Assembly (NCBI GenBank): GCA_040954595.2
Contig: CM082579.2
Location: forward strand, 1,377,908-1,441,907
Length of the DNA: 64,000 nt
Direction: 5' to 3'
From: Balanoglossus misakiensis
Lineage: Eukaryota; Animalia; Hemichordata
The translations under genes and the position numbers were made by a program. Position 1 is the stretch's first letter. Every line of letters begins with the position of its first letter. Below the pieces are notes generated by a model. The model ran no database searches. It was not told the origin of the DNA and was given only the letters and a program-made list of their open reading frames with translations. Positions 11,780 through 26,700 of this stretch are shown here, piece after piece.

Positions 11780-12044
11780 GTCGATAAAACAACCAGGCGA
11801 CGCGGATTCCGTTCTGGGAATGACAACAATGAGCAACAATTGTTTCCTTTTGAGAGGAAAACAGTGACAGTACATCTGCGTTGTCCCGAATCGAGGCGAT
11901 AATTATTCAGAAGCAACCGTTACCAGGATTAAGTGCGTTGTGGACCAGTTTTGCGATTCGCCGCGCACCAGCTCTACCTATTGCACACAGTCTGGAGGAT
12001 CGCTTGGATCTTGAAGTTTCTGCTCAGAGGGGGACAACTAACAG
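11780..12044 (+). other. putative non-coding first exon of the NETO-like gene (5' boundary approximate)
   Basis: CpG-richer stretch ending in a strong donor CAG|GTGAG at 12044/12045. A candidate acceptor TTACAG| lies at 23467, upstream of the NETO ATG. Inference only. Confidence 0.3.
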
Positions 12045-15000
12045 GTGAGCAATTATAGTTACCCCACTAATGAAATCGATACTTCCTTTGAAAGCCGCGT
12101 CAGACGTGAGGCGTGTTGTTCTCGTGTAATTAGTAAATATTCTCTCGGTGAACCGCTACCGTGCAGCCGTGTGAACGACTGAATCCGCCCACTATGATCT
12201 ACCACAATGACGCGCAGGTATAAGATTCTCGATCGGTTAAACTTTCTCTCACGCTGAGGAATTTAAGTGATTCGCAACAGTTTTCTCGCGTTAAAAGCCC
12301 CCAGAGGTAATTTTGAATTGCCTTGTCTAGATTTCTCCATTAGCTTGTCCATGTCTGAACGAGTAAAGTGTCGAACATTTTTCAAGATACAGTCTGACAG
12401 ATCTCGGGGAAAGAGGGGATCCCTACTGAAATGACATATAGTTTTTGATAAGATTTCACGGCGCAGTGCCGATGCTTGGCTATTTGTGCCTACTGCTGCA
12501 TGTATGCACATTGGGCACGTCATAAACAAGATACCTTCGGTCGCAGCTGATTGCGTTCGAAGCGTCCCAGGCTGAGGACGGCGCGTTTTATTGCTCTCAA
12601 AGGAAGAAGACAGGGTATATTACATGTATATCGACTTCAGGGAAAAGTTTGTATGCATCGGCGACTTGCAGACTATACGGTGTCATATAAATGAACAAGT
12701 TAAAAATACAAGTTATCGATCCGATCTGACATTTATTTTAAAGGGGTGTCTGCGCTGATCGAGACGTTTGATATCGACCATACACCATACGTGGTCAATA
12801 ATGACGTCACGCCCACGGGCTATTGCGTTATAAAGCAGTTGATATTTATAGAAATTGTGCGAGAAGCCTTAATCTGATTTTCCTCCACTTATGTAAATGT
12901 CTGAGAGGACGAAAGTACGCTGTCTTAACGACAAACATAGCCTACGTGGAAACTGTGACCAGTTACATCATAAAATCTAACTTTTTACTCAGAAAGTCTG
13001 GTTTCAGTGCACATTGACCTCAAAAAATAACCAGTGTATTGCTTTGTTTAGTTATTTTTGCAGTCACCGCGAGATTTTCATGCAGAATGATAATACTACG
13101 GGAAGCTTACTTAGCGGTTTGACGTTTATGAATAATTCAGAAACTCAACGCGGATCCTATCCGAATACGAATACTGCATTATAAGGGCCAGATTATATTA
13201 AGTGCTCATGAATGTGGAACGTCGGCGTTGATTTTATGGTGTCATCATTTTCACCATACATCAATGATAAATGACATGGAATTAAACCCGGACGATTAAT
13301 CATATCTGAAATTAACCAATTAGTGACTAACCGGGTCAATCTTGATCCTCGATGTCATTTAGTAAAACATTTCTTGTGATTTCTATTTGTTTATTCGGAG
13401 AAAGTGTTTACTGCTGGTAACATTATTGGGATAACTGCGCGGTGCGGGTGAGATTTCCCTCTGTCGTCGCTTTGGGGCAGACAGCAAAACTGCCGACGTG
13501 TATACATTGTGGAAGGACGTGGATTACTTATCTAGAAAAGCTAATAACTTGAAATATTGGCGTTTGCAGATGTTAGCGATATCTATATTGGATGTGAGTG
13601 GACTGGAAGAAAAGTTGTCATTCCTCGAGCAGAGATACGACAGGGTTGATAAATGGCACAGGAAACGCGTGGTATATTGGATTGATTTTCTATCGTCAGT
13701 GGAAAAACGTATGGGTGATTTGAAGGTTATGGAGGGTTGTTGGTTGGCGAGTGGTTGGCTGGTTAGAAATTATCTCACCCTCTCCGTGTCGCAGATATGG
13801 TTAAAAGGGCGTGTCAAAGTCTTCGAATGACCGTTCGGTGGCGCTCTTTTTTTCGCGTGACCACCCTGCGAAAATCTATGATTTCAGTGAACCTTTAATA
13901 ATAATGTGAATATGTAGCCTAAGTGTCAGCGTTGACTCAAGCCAGGTTGTGTAGCAACCACCACAGATTCACGGAATGCGGTCATAAAAATGACAAATTA
14001 GATCATCCTTTACATGAAAGTAAAAAAAAGAGACTTATCCGTTTTATGAATTTTTCAAAGGGTTGTATCCTATTTTCTAAATTGACAAATAGAAGTCTTC
14101 TTTTCATGAAACTGGCGATATCTTCTTACCTATAGCGGAGATCAGCATCGCGTATCACTCTCGTGTGTACGTAAATGATCTCAATACTGATGTTGCACTG
14201 GCCAGCCGTATTGAAGATGTTAATCACTGTGGTATCTCCCTAAACTCAGTCATGCTCTATCCGATTGAATGTCTTCTCCACAAAGCAGAGCCGTTTACTA
14301 ATAATATTCCCGAATTGGAGCAAAACTGAGATATCATTCATAATAGATATCCTTACAAATGTTGAGGTTTGGATGAAAGTTTCATTTTGGACGGTCAGCC
14401 AAAGTCAAATTGTTATATTACACAAAAATATGCACAAATACTCCTCAAATACATGTAGTGTACGTGTATTTTAAAACAACAATTTTTTTTCTGACGAGGT
14501 GTACTCAGTCTCTATAGTAACAATTATTCATAATCTTCATTGATCAATTCCGATTTTGTCAAGAACGAATAAAACATTTTGCAGAATGCCGAGACTGCTA
14601 TGATTTCAAATTTGACTGCACGCATTTCAGAAGAACGATTGTAATTTAGATATTGGAAATCTCTAAACCCGGGACGTCAGCGGCCTCATAAATAATCAGT
14701 TGACTTAACTGCGAGCGGAAAATAATTGAACCACGAATCGGACTCAGAAATGTTAAAAACGGAAGGCGATTATCCCCCATCCGAGTACGCATAACATTCT
14801 TTCTCGGCGAAGTCGACAATATCGCGTTTTAACATTTGCACAGACATTCGTGTTGGAGATTCCACTGTTGAAAGTGACACGTTCTGGTGGAATACGATCG
14901 ATGATGTTATACAATACCGCTTGGTCGTACGTGAACACGACCAGGGTAAGTTCAATCAGGAGATCGATAGATGAATATTCATGAAAAATAAATAGAGAAC

Positions 15001-18000
15001 TAAAGCTGTAACGCAAGAAACGAAGTACGCGACCAAACCCCCAGAAACAGAGCTGATATGAAAAAGAGCAGCCTTGCAGGCTTTGGTGATCTCATCACAA
15101 GTTCTTTGACTGGGGGAAAAGCGAACGTTTGATATTTACTCAGTCATGTGGTGTCTTCAATTCTAATCAGGCTTATCTTCCCCGATGCCTCTATTCCGAT
15201 ACCAGCCACTCAACAGAGAGCCAGGTTGCTTGCGCTTGTAGGCCTTTAAGCTGCAGTCCAACCAGCGTCATTTAGAGCGAATAATTTTCCAGTGAAGACA
15301 TATTATGCTTCTACTTTTGACCGCGTTAGATTCAATACTTTGCGACTCAGGCTTTCCCCCTCCCCTCCGTATTATTTTTTGTTGAATCGTGTACAGCAAA
15401 ATGACAATGAGTCATCCAGTCTTCAAGACAGTTGTGCATAGCGACTCAGGAGAAAAAAATATCGAGAACTTGAAATAACAAATGTTAGCGTTGAATGGAC
15501 TCCATAGAGCAAAGAAATCGACGAATCACGGTGTCTCAGCCAGTGGTACAGCACCATTATGTTGCTGCCGTTTAGTTATGCTGCAAAATTCTATTCAAGT
15601 ATATTCCTTGTAAAAAAAACTTAAGAAATGCGGAGAAGTGTGTGGACTGTATAAGTTCTTGGATGCAAAATGTCTGATCGGTGATTTATTCGTGTTCTGA
15701 CCCACGGGGAAGAACAAAACAGATTACCGTCACACACGCAATGTCTTCCGGAACGACGCACCAAAAGATTCCGTGACGTGCATAGACTTGTCTTGGTATG
15801 CCGAGAAGTGAACATTTAGAAAATGGAGAGCTGCTGAGCTATGAATACACTCGCTTGCAATCTTTGTTAAGTTGGGAAATTTCAAAGCCAGTTGACAGTT
15901 GGCAAAGATACGTGGCCGGAACAAAAGGAATCAGCAGTGTCACTGAATGAAGACTGGATGCGTCAACACAAGAAGTTTCAGCACATCTGGATAAACTAGA
16001 AAAAAGTAAATATAGAAAGTCTGTTTAGAATGGGTCGTCACTTTTGTCGTCTCAGCTGTTACTACTTGAGCAGAACCGTTTTGATATCTGGGGCACAGAG
16101 GACATGTGCAAACTTCCATTTAAGCCTTCAGATGGCGGTCATCATTTTCAAGTGGTCGGTCACTGGCAATGCTTCAAATCAGCCATTTTCAACTGTCTGT
16201 CTAGAGACGAACTTTACTCTCCCTCCCTTTCTTTCTTTCGCTTTTCTGTCTTTCAATCTTAAAAGACAAACATTTTCGCCTCGTTCTTTCTTCCAGCCAG
16301 ATTTTGCCGTCGGCCATATAATTGTCTCGATACCTAATTTGACACAAAGAACGTGCTCCATCGAGGTTTTACGCAACGGTGTCATTGTATCTTTTCGGTC
16401 TTTTATTTTGACAAACACCCGAATGTAAGCAGCTTTACAGAAATGCTCTCACAACAGCAAATAACGAAAGTAGCACTCCATGAGAAAAGCAAAACAATAC
16501 AAATACAGCCATAGAAAAGGAGAAGATGTGTGCGTCCGCGAAACTTCTGAACTTGTCTGCGTAACACAGCAGCGCGGCAATAAATTGAAGTATTGTATCT
16601 TGCGTTACATGTAGGTCAAGACGGAATATGCAAAAAGCGCCAATGTTTTGTCACTGATCTACCAAGCTTTCTCTTCTCAAGCAACGAGAAGAAATAGCCA
16701 CCGATAATCATGATAATGGATTTAATAGCGCGATGTTGTCATGCCAACGGCCCGGAGTATGTGAAGACAACGGTCACGGCTAGGGTTCGTTGGAGATCAT
16801 TACTTGGAGTTCGACGTACTTTATGCAAGGTTCAGAATGATCGGTTTCAACATTATACAACCATACCTGGGTTCTAATGTACGTCTTTGCTATCATCGTT
16901 TTTGTCCTGTAGAGTTTTATGGTTACTGTGGATTTTGAAGTTTGCTTCTCGTTACAGAGCGGGTGGCATTTGATGTTAACGTTGAAACGCAAATCTTGCT
17001 GGCATATGTGCTACATCATGACCGGTTACATTATTTTACAACACTAATCAATGACTGTCGAGTCTGTTATGGAAACCCCGGCCGATACACGCTAGATGAA
17101 CACAACTGAATCACCGCAAGCGTTTAATTAAACGACAATGTCGAGAATGTGATATGAGGCGTGATTGATATTTTCCAAATATTTGTCAATTCTCATCATC
17201 GCCTTCTCATAACGAGTTTGCGCACTTCACATAATTGAAATAACACTTTAGATTCAGCTGACGTAACATATCGGGGATGAAATTATGCAGACATGGCGGT
17301 TGAGCGACAATGTGATTTCAATATCTTGGATGTCTCAAAAAATCGGAATAGATGAAAGGGAAGTGGCGGTACCTCTTGCTATGGTAGCTTTATTCGGTTT
17401 ATCAAATATACTGTTTGTTGTTCAACTCACGTAATCATCTTGAAACAACCAATTTTTCGACTGCTGGTACAACAATTAGGTCCTTATTGTGTAACATACG
17501 GGGACATAGTTGACAATTTAAGGTCGGCATTTGAATTCCGTTGTCAATAGCAACAATGCTTAATACACAATAGTCTTTGAGAAGGTAAATGAGAAGGTAA
17601 ATGTCGCGGGTTTTAACATGACTCAAGAATAAGAAGTTCTAAAATACTAAAGCATGATCAAACCGTATTTAGCTGCAGTTTTGGTCCTTTAGGAGGCAGA
17701 GCAATCGTGTAGGAATTTCATAGCCAAGACGTTAATGTTTTCATGATAAGGGAACAGACTCTTTCTTATCACAGAACCTTCATTTTGAATGATGTACTTA
17801 ACCCGTCCGTTAGGCGTTGACATTAAATGTAAATTTTCAGATCGGTGTTATATCGTCGAAGTAAAATACATAATTCAGCGATTTTCTCTCGAATTCGTTT
17901 TGACTTAAATGTGTTTGAAACCGCATTTACAATATGGTTATTTTTTGTCAGTAGAGATGGCGACACTGGGATTAACTTTGATTGGTTCGTTTGATTAAAT

Positions 18001-21000
18001 CTGCCAATACGCCAGACCTTTCAACATGTAGACACTGCAAAGGTCCGCCGGCATTCCTCTGCTTCCCTGCAGCGATAGGCGTCGGGTGAATGAGAACGTT
18101 TCCGCAGCAGAGAACGTATGCGCCGTGGCTTAATGCACAAATAGCGATACAAATTACCAGCCAAATGTGGCATCGTCGTCAGCGTCTGCGTGGAAGTGAC
18201 TCTAGGCAGTGTGTGATAATCTAATGCGTACTTAATTCCAAGCCGGTTTGGGATAGTGCGCGGAATGAATTGATGACAGCTAATCGCCGGAATGGGAATT
18301 CCACCGCAATGACGGATTTACTTGATGTCTTTTTTTATTTTCCATCGATTCGCAGCGATTACACTGAATTCAAAACACAGCGTCGGGATAAGTTCATGCC
18401 ATGTCAATCTGACTCCATCTCCAGACCTCGCACTAATTGCGTATGCGAGAGAATTGTAATATTGCATTCGTGGCCCGCACGTGAAGCGAAACCAGATACG
18501 CGTATCTCTGATATCAGATGTCCCCATTGTCGCAAAACTGTAGCCTATTTACGGCAACCGTTATAGCCACCCGAGGCCACCATTCAATTTCAAAAACTGA
18601 CTGATAAATAAAGGAAGAATTTTGCTATGTGATGGTGATTTCAATTTGTAGCAAAATTTCAATATTACTGAATATTCTCATTATAAATCTTAACATTCCA
18701 CTTCTTAGCAATTGTGTGGATTTTATGTGTCACGGAGTGACTAACTTTGATTTGCTTTCTGCATTCAACAGACCGTTCGTGACAAAACTGGAACTGTGTT
18801 TTTAATGCTCGGAGACCGACTGACTATTTATTAGATGCCCAATTGTAGAAGGAATTTGTATTTCAATTGCGTTACTATGCTAGTTAATATTCCGCGCTTT
18901 CTTGCAATGGAACTGCCGGGAGAAAACTTGTTGGTTGTGGCAAACTGATTTCTCTGATCGTGGAGACACTACATCAGCCTTATTTTATTGGCATGGTATC
19001 GTTCACAGATTAGACACGGTTTTTTTTAGTTCGCCCCCCTCCCCTCGAGTTGACACCAGCATGGAAAATTTGCATAAAATGACGTGTTGATATATAATCC
19101 GTGGTCTGTTTCTACCGTTCTTCACGCATGAAGAACAAGAGGCAGTGTGTCATAAAACTATAGTCTCTGTGCCCGTGACTGTACCGTGACCTGAAACCAC
19201 TCGGTGAGGCCAGCGATAGGCGCTTTGCAGCGAAAGCCGCGATGACTTTCTGAACAGTGCTACCATGCATGGTAGATGTAGATAGGGAACCTAACATACG
19301 CAACATAATGTGTTCAGAACGTAGAGTTCTCTCTGAAATTTTCCTCAGTTTCAGCCTCGTTAAATTGAATGTATATTCAGGAAGTGTGGCTATGCGCTGC
19401 TCACAAAATTCGCACACAATCGGTAACCAATGGTGATTTGAAATTGCAGCTTTCTGCCATCGAATAGACCCGTTTGTGAAAACTATCCTAATACACCCCG
19501 TGTGACATTTGACCTCATACTACTAGAAACTCCTCAAATATAGCCGAAATTAACTTACAGTAGATTAAACTTCATTTATGTCGTGATAATCGTACCAAAG
19601 TGAGTTCATTTCATGCACCTGGCGTTACGCTTCAAATATTCATTTTTACATCTCTTAGGCTTTACATTCGTATTAGCCAATGACCGCACATGAGCAAGAA
19701 ACGTCTATCAGTCGGCCATCTTGGATTAGATAGCAAACACGTGCACACTGAGGTACGCCAGTGTAAGTTACAGTTCACTGTCTTCAAGTTTGCATTATCC
19801 CACTAAGGAATCAGTTTTCGCCACGATCCGGATTTAAAAAAACTTTCTGTTAAAAAAATCGAATCAACGCAAATCTCACGTTTGAAGAAAAGAAAGTAAT
19901 GTGGAAAAAAGACATAGATTGATGTTTGGGTAGGTATATCGCTTCATCTTGAAGAAATCCATTTATTCTGTAAATGATGAAGATTTGAAGAAAAATCGGT
20001 TAATACATCAATGATTCAAATCCCAGACATGACGGTGCCACGGTAGAGTCAAGCAATCGGGATTATTTGTAAACATAAAATCAGAGATATGTCAAAACCA
20101 CCACAAACCCCATTGCGAGGGGGTTATGGGTACTCATGGTTTCAATATCACGGTGACCTATGCATCCAGCACAAATTTCATTTTCCTTTATTGACAAATT
20201 TTTAATTTGCTTTAAAGCATGTGGAACCATTTGCATTTAAAATCGTCGTTGTTCTCATTAAAATACCATGCTTTGAGCAATGCATTTCGATTTACTGTTA
20301 AAAGCATGTGTGATAAAAAGTGTCATTCGGATGTGACCAAAATTCTAAATTCTAATCCGGCATCTAAAGTCGGATTTGACTCGACCAATCATTGCACAGG
20401 AAACGGACGTGGTGTGTTACAATAAGAACACGATAGTTTTTTTTTTTGGCAAAGGCGTCTTCAGAGTGTCCGTTAGAATTTCAATTTGCCAAGTGTTTCC
20501 TTTAAAAAAACTCATTGATCATGAGCTGTGGTGGCATGTCAACACCTCCAGATATTTTATAAATGTTAAATTTTCAAGAAATTGTGTAACACATTACCCC
20601 AAGTATAGGGTAGGACATCTGATCCATTACGGGAAATTCGGAAGACATTAAGCTCACCGAGTCTCCCATTAGCGTCTAATCTTTTTTAGGAAAGATCAAT
20701 CGATTGATCTGGAATGGGATTCTGCCAGGGCTTTATGGGTATCTGTTATTTTCTCGGCAAAATCCTGAGAGATGACTTTGACAAGAAATACCCGCACTGT
20801 TGAAAAATCGAATCTCCTTGCCGAGGTCAAAGGTCGTTACTGAATCCACGCGACCCCCTCATCGGATGGTTTGATCGTCAGTAGGGAAGAATGCATGCGC
20901 TGCATTACTTGCGTGTTTTGCTGACATCTGTAGATATCACTTCACACAAACTATGAGTCGCTGGATTGCATTTGGGAATCGGAAGAAACTCCCATACATC

Positions 21001-23777
21001 AATGTTGCCTTTGGCTGCGTCGTCTATTGATTTCCCGGGGTGAAAGGTCACTGTGGTATCGCATTCTCTCGCCGTGTTGTTGGCATAACAAATCGATAAG
21101 ACGAAGCGCTTTGAAATGAACTACGTTGTTGGGAATTTTTAGGTTTTCACCGTGATTTCGGTCTGGACGTTTCCATTGCTCTTATCAGCAACATCAATTG
21201 GTATATAGTAGATCATGACTTGTGTCGGACTGAAATGCATACATTCAGTTTTCCTTTTCGTGGCATTGTCCAAGTTATTTACAGGCAATTTTAAGTACCA
21301 GAAACTTCATGTCCATTTACACCCCCAGTTATGTTGACCCAATGCAGACGCTTTCCTCGTTCAAAGCCATGCGAGAAATCTTTATACTACATGTAGTCTG
21401 CCCCACGCAGCCGCCATCTTTTATTGACATGCGCCCTCATGGAAACCTTACTATTGGACCGACGCCAATTGATAAAAGCAAGTGCTTTTTCACGACGTCG
21501 ACGTCGCGAATTGTAGCCGAATCTCATGGACACCACCCACGGCAAGGGATTATTCCTTCGACGCAAAAGAAATCAAACTGACACACCACGGAGATAAAAT
21601 CACGACAGTAAGAACTGCCAAAGGAACAATAGCGAAGTACTCATTAAAATTATAAACACATGACCGAGACATCGTTACCAATAAAACACACAGTAAAGGC
21701 TACACAAAGAAAATTACAAAAAAATATCTGAAAATGAAAACACTGACAAGAAACATTTCTCTAGACTGGTGCGTACGTTGCACCATATATATAATGCAAG
21801 TCGGTCATCATTGTAAATTTATTAGTCTGAGAACAATGGTATCAGACGAATGTTTACTTTCAATATATAGACGTCGATAGCCTGCAAGCTCATAAGACGA
21901 AGGCGGGTAAGTCTGGTTTCACAACCAGAGCCATGGTGACGAATTACCGCGATATCTTGGATTAGCTATAGTCGTAAATTAATCTTCTAACGCTGGACAC
22001 ATGCACATGCGTAAGAACAAGCTGAACCTGTCACTATTCATTTAACTTTGCTGATAGCTGAGACTCGTACACTTATACGCTTTTCGCATTACGCATAGTT
22101 TCAAATCTAGTTTGCTAATATCATTTGTCGATATCCCATTACACGACTTAGATCAGATAAAACAGTCCATTCATCATATTATTTACGCCGAGTTCTCTTC
22201 CATAGTGATGTTTAGACTTATTTACCGCCTAAGTGCACGAGATATCGCATACTTTTCTTTCATTCTGAAATGTCGAAGTTCTCTGGGAGCATAAAACATG
22301 CATGGTCGCTTTCCTCTAGTTGATAAGGCCAAGGTTGAGTCTCCAAGCCACTGTACGGAGCAGAAAGTTTTTAAACTCTCCCCCCAGAAAAAGGCTGTTA
22401 TCTCGGAGTTTTTACTATTGCATTATTACTGCCAATGTTAGTGACCTACTTATTTTAATCGTCATTCTCCAATTTGCTTGCTAGTTTTGGTTAAAATAAG
22501 ACTTCTAAATCTGGCAAGATTCGCTAATAGTACGTTAAAGGTACAGGGTAAACAGCACAGTGTTTGTGCCTATTACCGCTACACTTTTTCAGCTACGCTT
22601 TGCCTTTTGTGGTCCTCTGATTGTTGTGTGATAAAAAATGGCTGCCAGCATGGCGGCCATATTGGATTGAATCGCTAACAAGTCGACGAGCACATGCACG
22701 GCATTCTGGGATTTGCCATTATTATATTGAATGGAATCGCTCCAGAAATGATTTTGTAACAATGAGACAGAACGCGGTCTATAAGTACTCCCCGATTAGA
22801 AATACATAATTGAAATGATGGTGTGTAACGATTCGCGGCAGATTTCATGGCCCGTCTGTATCTCGAGGCAAGACGCACAAAATGGGTGACGAGAGTCTTC
22901 TCTTTCCGGAAAATGAATAAATAAAAAAATCTGATCAAAACAGACTTTTCACAGCCCTATGAAAAATAATTGCCATTCCCTCTACAGTTGTCGAAATAAA
23001 ATGCCCCCTCGAATTGGATAGTCCTCTCCTGGCCATAAAATAATCACTTTACTCTCGTCTGAAAACAGGTCATATTTGAAGCTACCGATATCCAACAAAA
23101 CAAAGCCGTCCTCGTTTATGAGATGATCAATCTTTCATTAATGACTTGGGCAGGTAAACTGTGTTAATCAACATACACAAAAATTAATTCCATCCAACAT
23201 AAAGATCCATCGGAGTGAATTAGTGCTGAAATTTAATATTAAGGGCATTCCTTTTATATGAATGTATATAAAATATTAATATACAGATGTGTCTTTAGGG
23301 CTTCCTGTCTTGCTTGAGTCCTTTTCAACTGATTGAATATCTGGATCACTCGAAATTTATTGATACTCTTTCCCTAAATGAATGCATTTCCTGTACATTC
23401 GCCGTTGGTGGCGTTGTCGAGGACGTAACGTTATTCGTGAATATTATTCTTGGTGATCATATTACAGGTGCCGAGATCTCGGGATAATATCTGTCGTCTG
23501 TCAACATTCATCGGAAGACGAGGAAAACATGCAATATGTTGTGAGTCCAGCTCTAGCGACAACTGTGACCTTTCTTACCACGTAGGATAGAAATCTTCAA
23601 AGTTCGTCTTTCTCCCCGCTTTGCTGTGCTGGATTATATTGGGAGTGACACATGATGTAGCGAAGGGGCAGTCAACGAGTCCGTCAATGGGGTAGTCAGG
23701 AAAAGATTATGTGTGTAGGAAGACATTACTGCTCCTCAAAGAAGTCGACTTTATGCGATTTACAGCACGAAGAGATC

Positions 23778-26700
23778 ATGAAGGCATTCTGTAGCACCTT
23801 TGCTTTGTCGTCAGGTAAGATCAAATGCTCACTTTCGTACCTTTAATCTTTAATGATTGCTGTTATAATTCTTCATTTCTGGCGCCTGCCAAAGTTCCAC
23901 GTCAAAGCGTTGCAAATTGTTTCCTCTCGGCCATTCCGGTAAACGATGCTGTTCCGCCGCTTCTACTAATGACCAGTATTTCGTCGGCCTGGTTCAAAAG
24001 CCACACACAGATGTCTACAGCGCTGTTGGAAGCGTCTTGCACAGATCGCGTGCATGTTGTTTCGATAAACATAATGGCCAATTTGCAGCGGTTAGCTGTT
24101 TCACGATTTACAACCGATATGTTTGGGTAATCGCGGAACCAAACGGTACGCTGAAACCAACAACGAAACTTGAATTTTATCACAATGTGTATTTTTATTA
24201 TAGAAATATTAAATCATCCAATTCTGTCCGGTCACAATGTTACTGAGATCAGGGTCAAACCAGCCTATATCTCTATCCATCTCTGTTCTTCTACACTGAC
24301 ACCATGAGTTTGACTACAGACTCATTTCCCCAGGCGACATCTTGCAGTCTTTTCAAAATAATATCAGAAGTTAAACGCAGTGGTTTTGTCACTCGGGGCC
24401 CTCCTTCAACCGCCCTACGTACAATTCATATGAGATCTTAGAGGGCGTGATGGAAATGTAAATTGGAGTGAATGTACCTTTTATGACCATAAACGCCATT
24501 AAACTAATTCCTCGAGACATCATTTGTAGCGCCTCCAGTAAAATTCACCCACCATATCCAACAATATCATATAGGACCAACGCCCGGGTTAGCAACAGAG
24601 GAATACATCTGTGATACCACGTTGCTGTAAGTCAATAGTCACGTGATCTTAAAATGAATCTGACACCGAGAGAACAAGTCGCTAAGCGAGATGAGCCTGA
24701 AGGTTCTCGCGCGAAAAGTTCCCACTTTTCAGAATCGACGCGGTGAATCTCAATAATCGATGATCTTCGTAGTTCCGCAGCGGTGATTCTCCTGATTAAA
24801 TTACAATATCCTCACTTGTTTTAGTTTTCAACCCCCGTTTCTAAAAGTGGATGAATGAATCTATATACAGAGGTTACATTCAGACTTAATCGTATACATA
24901 CAATCACGTTATTACATACTAAATGCAAATAAAGCACTTCATCGAGTATTGCAATCGAACGTAATTAGCATCGCACAGCTTTGCGTCAAAGGTGAAAGCT
25001 ATTATTGCAGGGCTTAGACTCAATAATTACTAAAGCTCTTGCGCTTCGAGTCTCAAAATGGCAATTTTCGACATCGATCGCTGTGGAAATTATCGGCCAA
25101 TCGTCCGCTAATCAAATGATGTTTCCTGCCGCCTCACTCAGCTAATCTCATAATAACAATTATATAACGATTGAATGGACAATATGTACTTGAGAAAACT
25201 GTGATGTCACACGTCTACCGTACACTTTCTCTCAAGAAGAAGTCTACATAATGTTAACAGTTTGAAAAGTTTTGTTGCGTAGCTGTTAGGCCGGTAAATT
25301 CTGAGGTTTAAATGTTGCTCTGCCTGGTTTTCAGCCATGCAATGGTAAAAACCTACTGTTTGCTGCCCTAGCATCAAATGACACCAATGCAAAGCAAGGC
25401 GATAAGTGGATAAAGTGCGGACTATCATGCGTGACGATGAAGACGAAGCAAGCCAAGGTGACCTTAATGTCAGACGTGTGCCTCGCCAGATTACCATCTG
25501 AATCGTCCTGACATGCCAGAACAACTGCGTTTTAATTGGTCGAGGGGTTCTCGGTGTTGGAGTCGAGCGTTTATTCAACCACCCACCGGGGGCAGTATGC
25601 GCATCTCCGATGACAAACAGATAAAATTTAGCTGGCCTCATTATCACCTGGTCTTAAGTGTGACTTGGCTGTCAGTTGAGAACACTGCTTAACACGTCTT
25701 ACCCAATATGCAGAAAAACTCGCCAGATTTTAAAGTTCTAGAAAGATTCAGCGTAGATAAAATAAAATGGTAATTTATAAGAGTCACGTTCATGCCCGCG
25801 CGCGCTCGTTGCAGGTTGACCATGCCGGTTACACTTAAAAAGCTCTTCCTGTGATCTGTCTGTCATTGCCCATAAGTTTTGAGTTCAACCAGGCATGCAA
25901 AATACCGATTTGACTGTTAATTAGTTTGACCATAGTTTGCATGACCCATTAACATTTAGTGAGAGGAAATGTGTCTTCCGGTCAGCCATTGTTGCATACC
26001 CTTGACGTGTATCTTCTTATTCCCCTGTCAGGACAGGTGAATTTCCTGCGCTCGGGTTATCAAACAACGTCGTTCCGGCGGGCGACTCCTCGAATATTCG
26101 TTCGTTTTCTATTGTAACCAAGCGAGGGGGTGATACGCAAAGTGACACCTTGCGGGAGACGCAAACCTGTCCAATTAAATTCTCGTGATCTTATTATTAA
26201 CGCGTGACTCGCCGTCAGTGGCACTAAAAGTCTGGAAACAAATCTCTCCAAAGGACATTAATATAGGTCCTCATCGTGTGACCCAGCACGGCTTGATCTG
26301 ACCTGACAGATTCCAAAAATAGCTGTGTAAATGACGCTGTCGATGTGCCTGCTGGTAGGTTAATGGCACAACATACATGCACAGTCAACAAAAGGATTCT
26401 CAGCTGTCCTCAACAATTTTGCGTGACTGAAGACATTTACTTGCTTCCTTTGCTCGCTTACCATCTGAAATACAGAATCACGCAACAACTTTCAACGTGG
26501 CCTTTTTCGTTCCTATTTTATGATGAGTGCAACAGAAAGACAGCGAAAAACGTCGAGAAAAAACTTCAACCGTCGTCATATTATAATAGTCAGCGAAGAG
26601 ATATAAAACATTACTGCGAACGAGGATCGATAGACGCCATTTTAAAAACACTCTGTCATCTGCTCAGCACATACATTCTGCCCAACATACAAGTGAACAG

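Noticed and set aside
15413-15960. 13-bp inverted repeat CATCCAGTCTTCA / TGAAGACTGGATG about 520 bp apart (possible MITE ends)
   Set aside because: No TSD was seen, and a match of this length is plausible by chance in a window this size.
20824-20836. DR1-like nuclear receptor site AGGTCA-A-AGGTCG in the presumed NETO 5' intron
   Set aside because: A single motif with no conservation or chromatin evidence.
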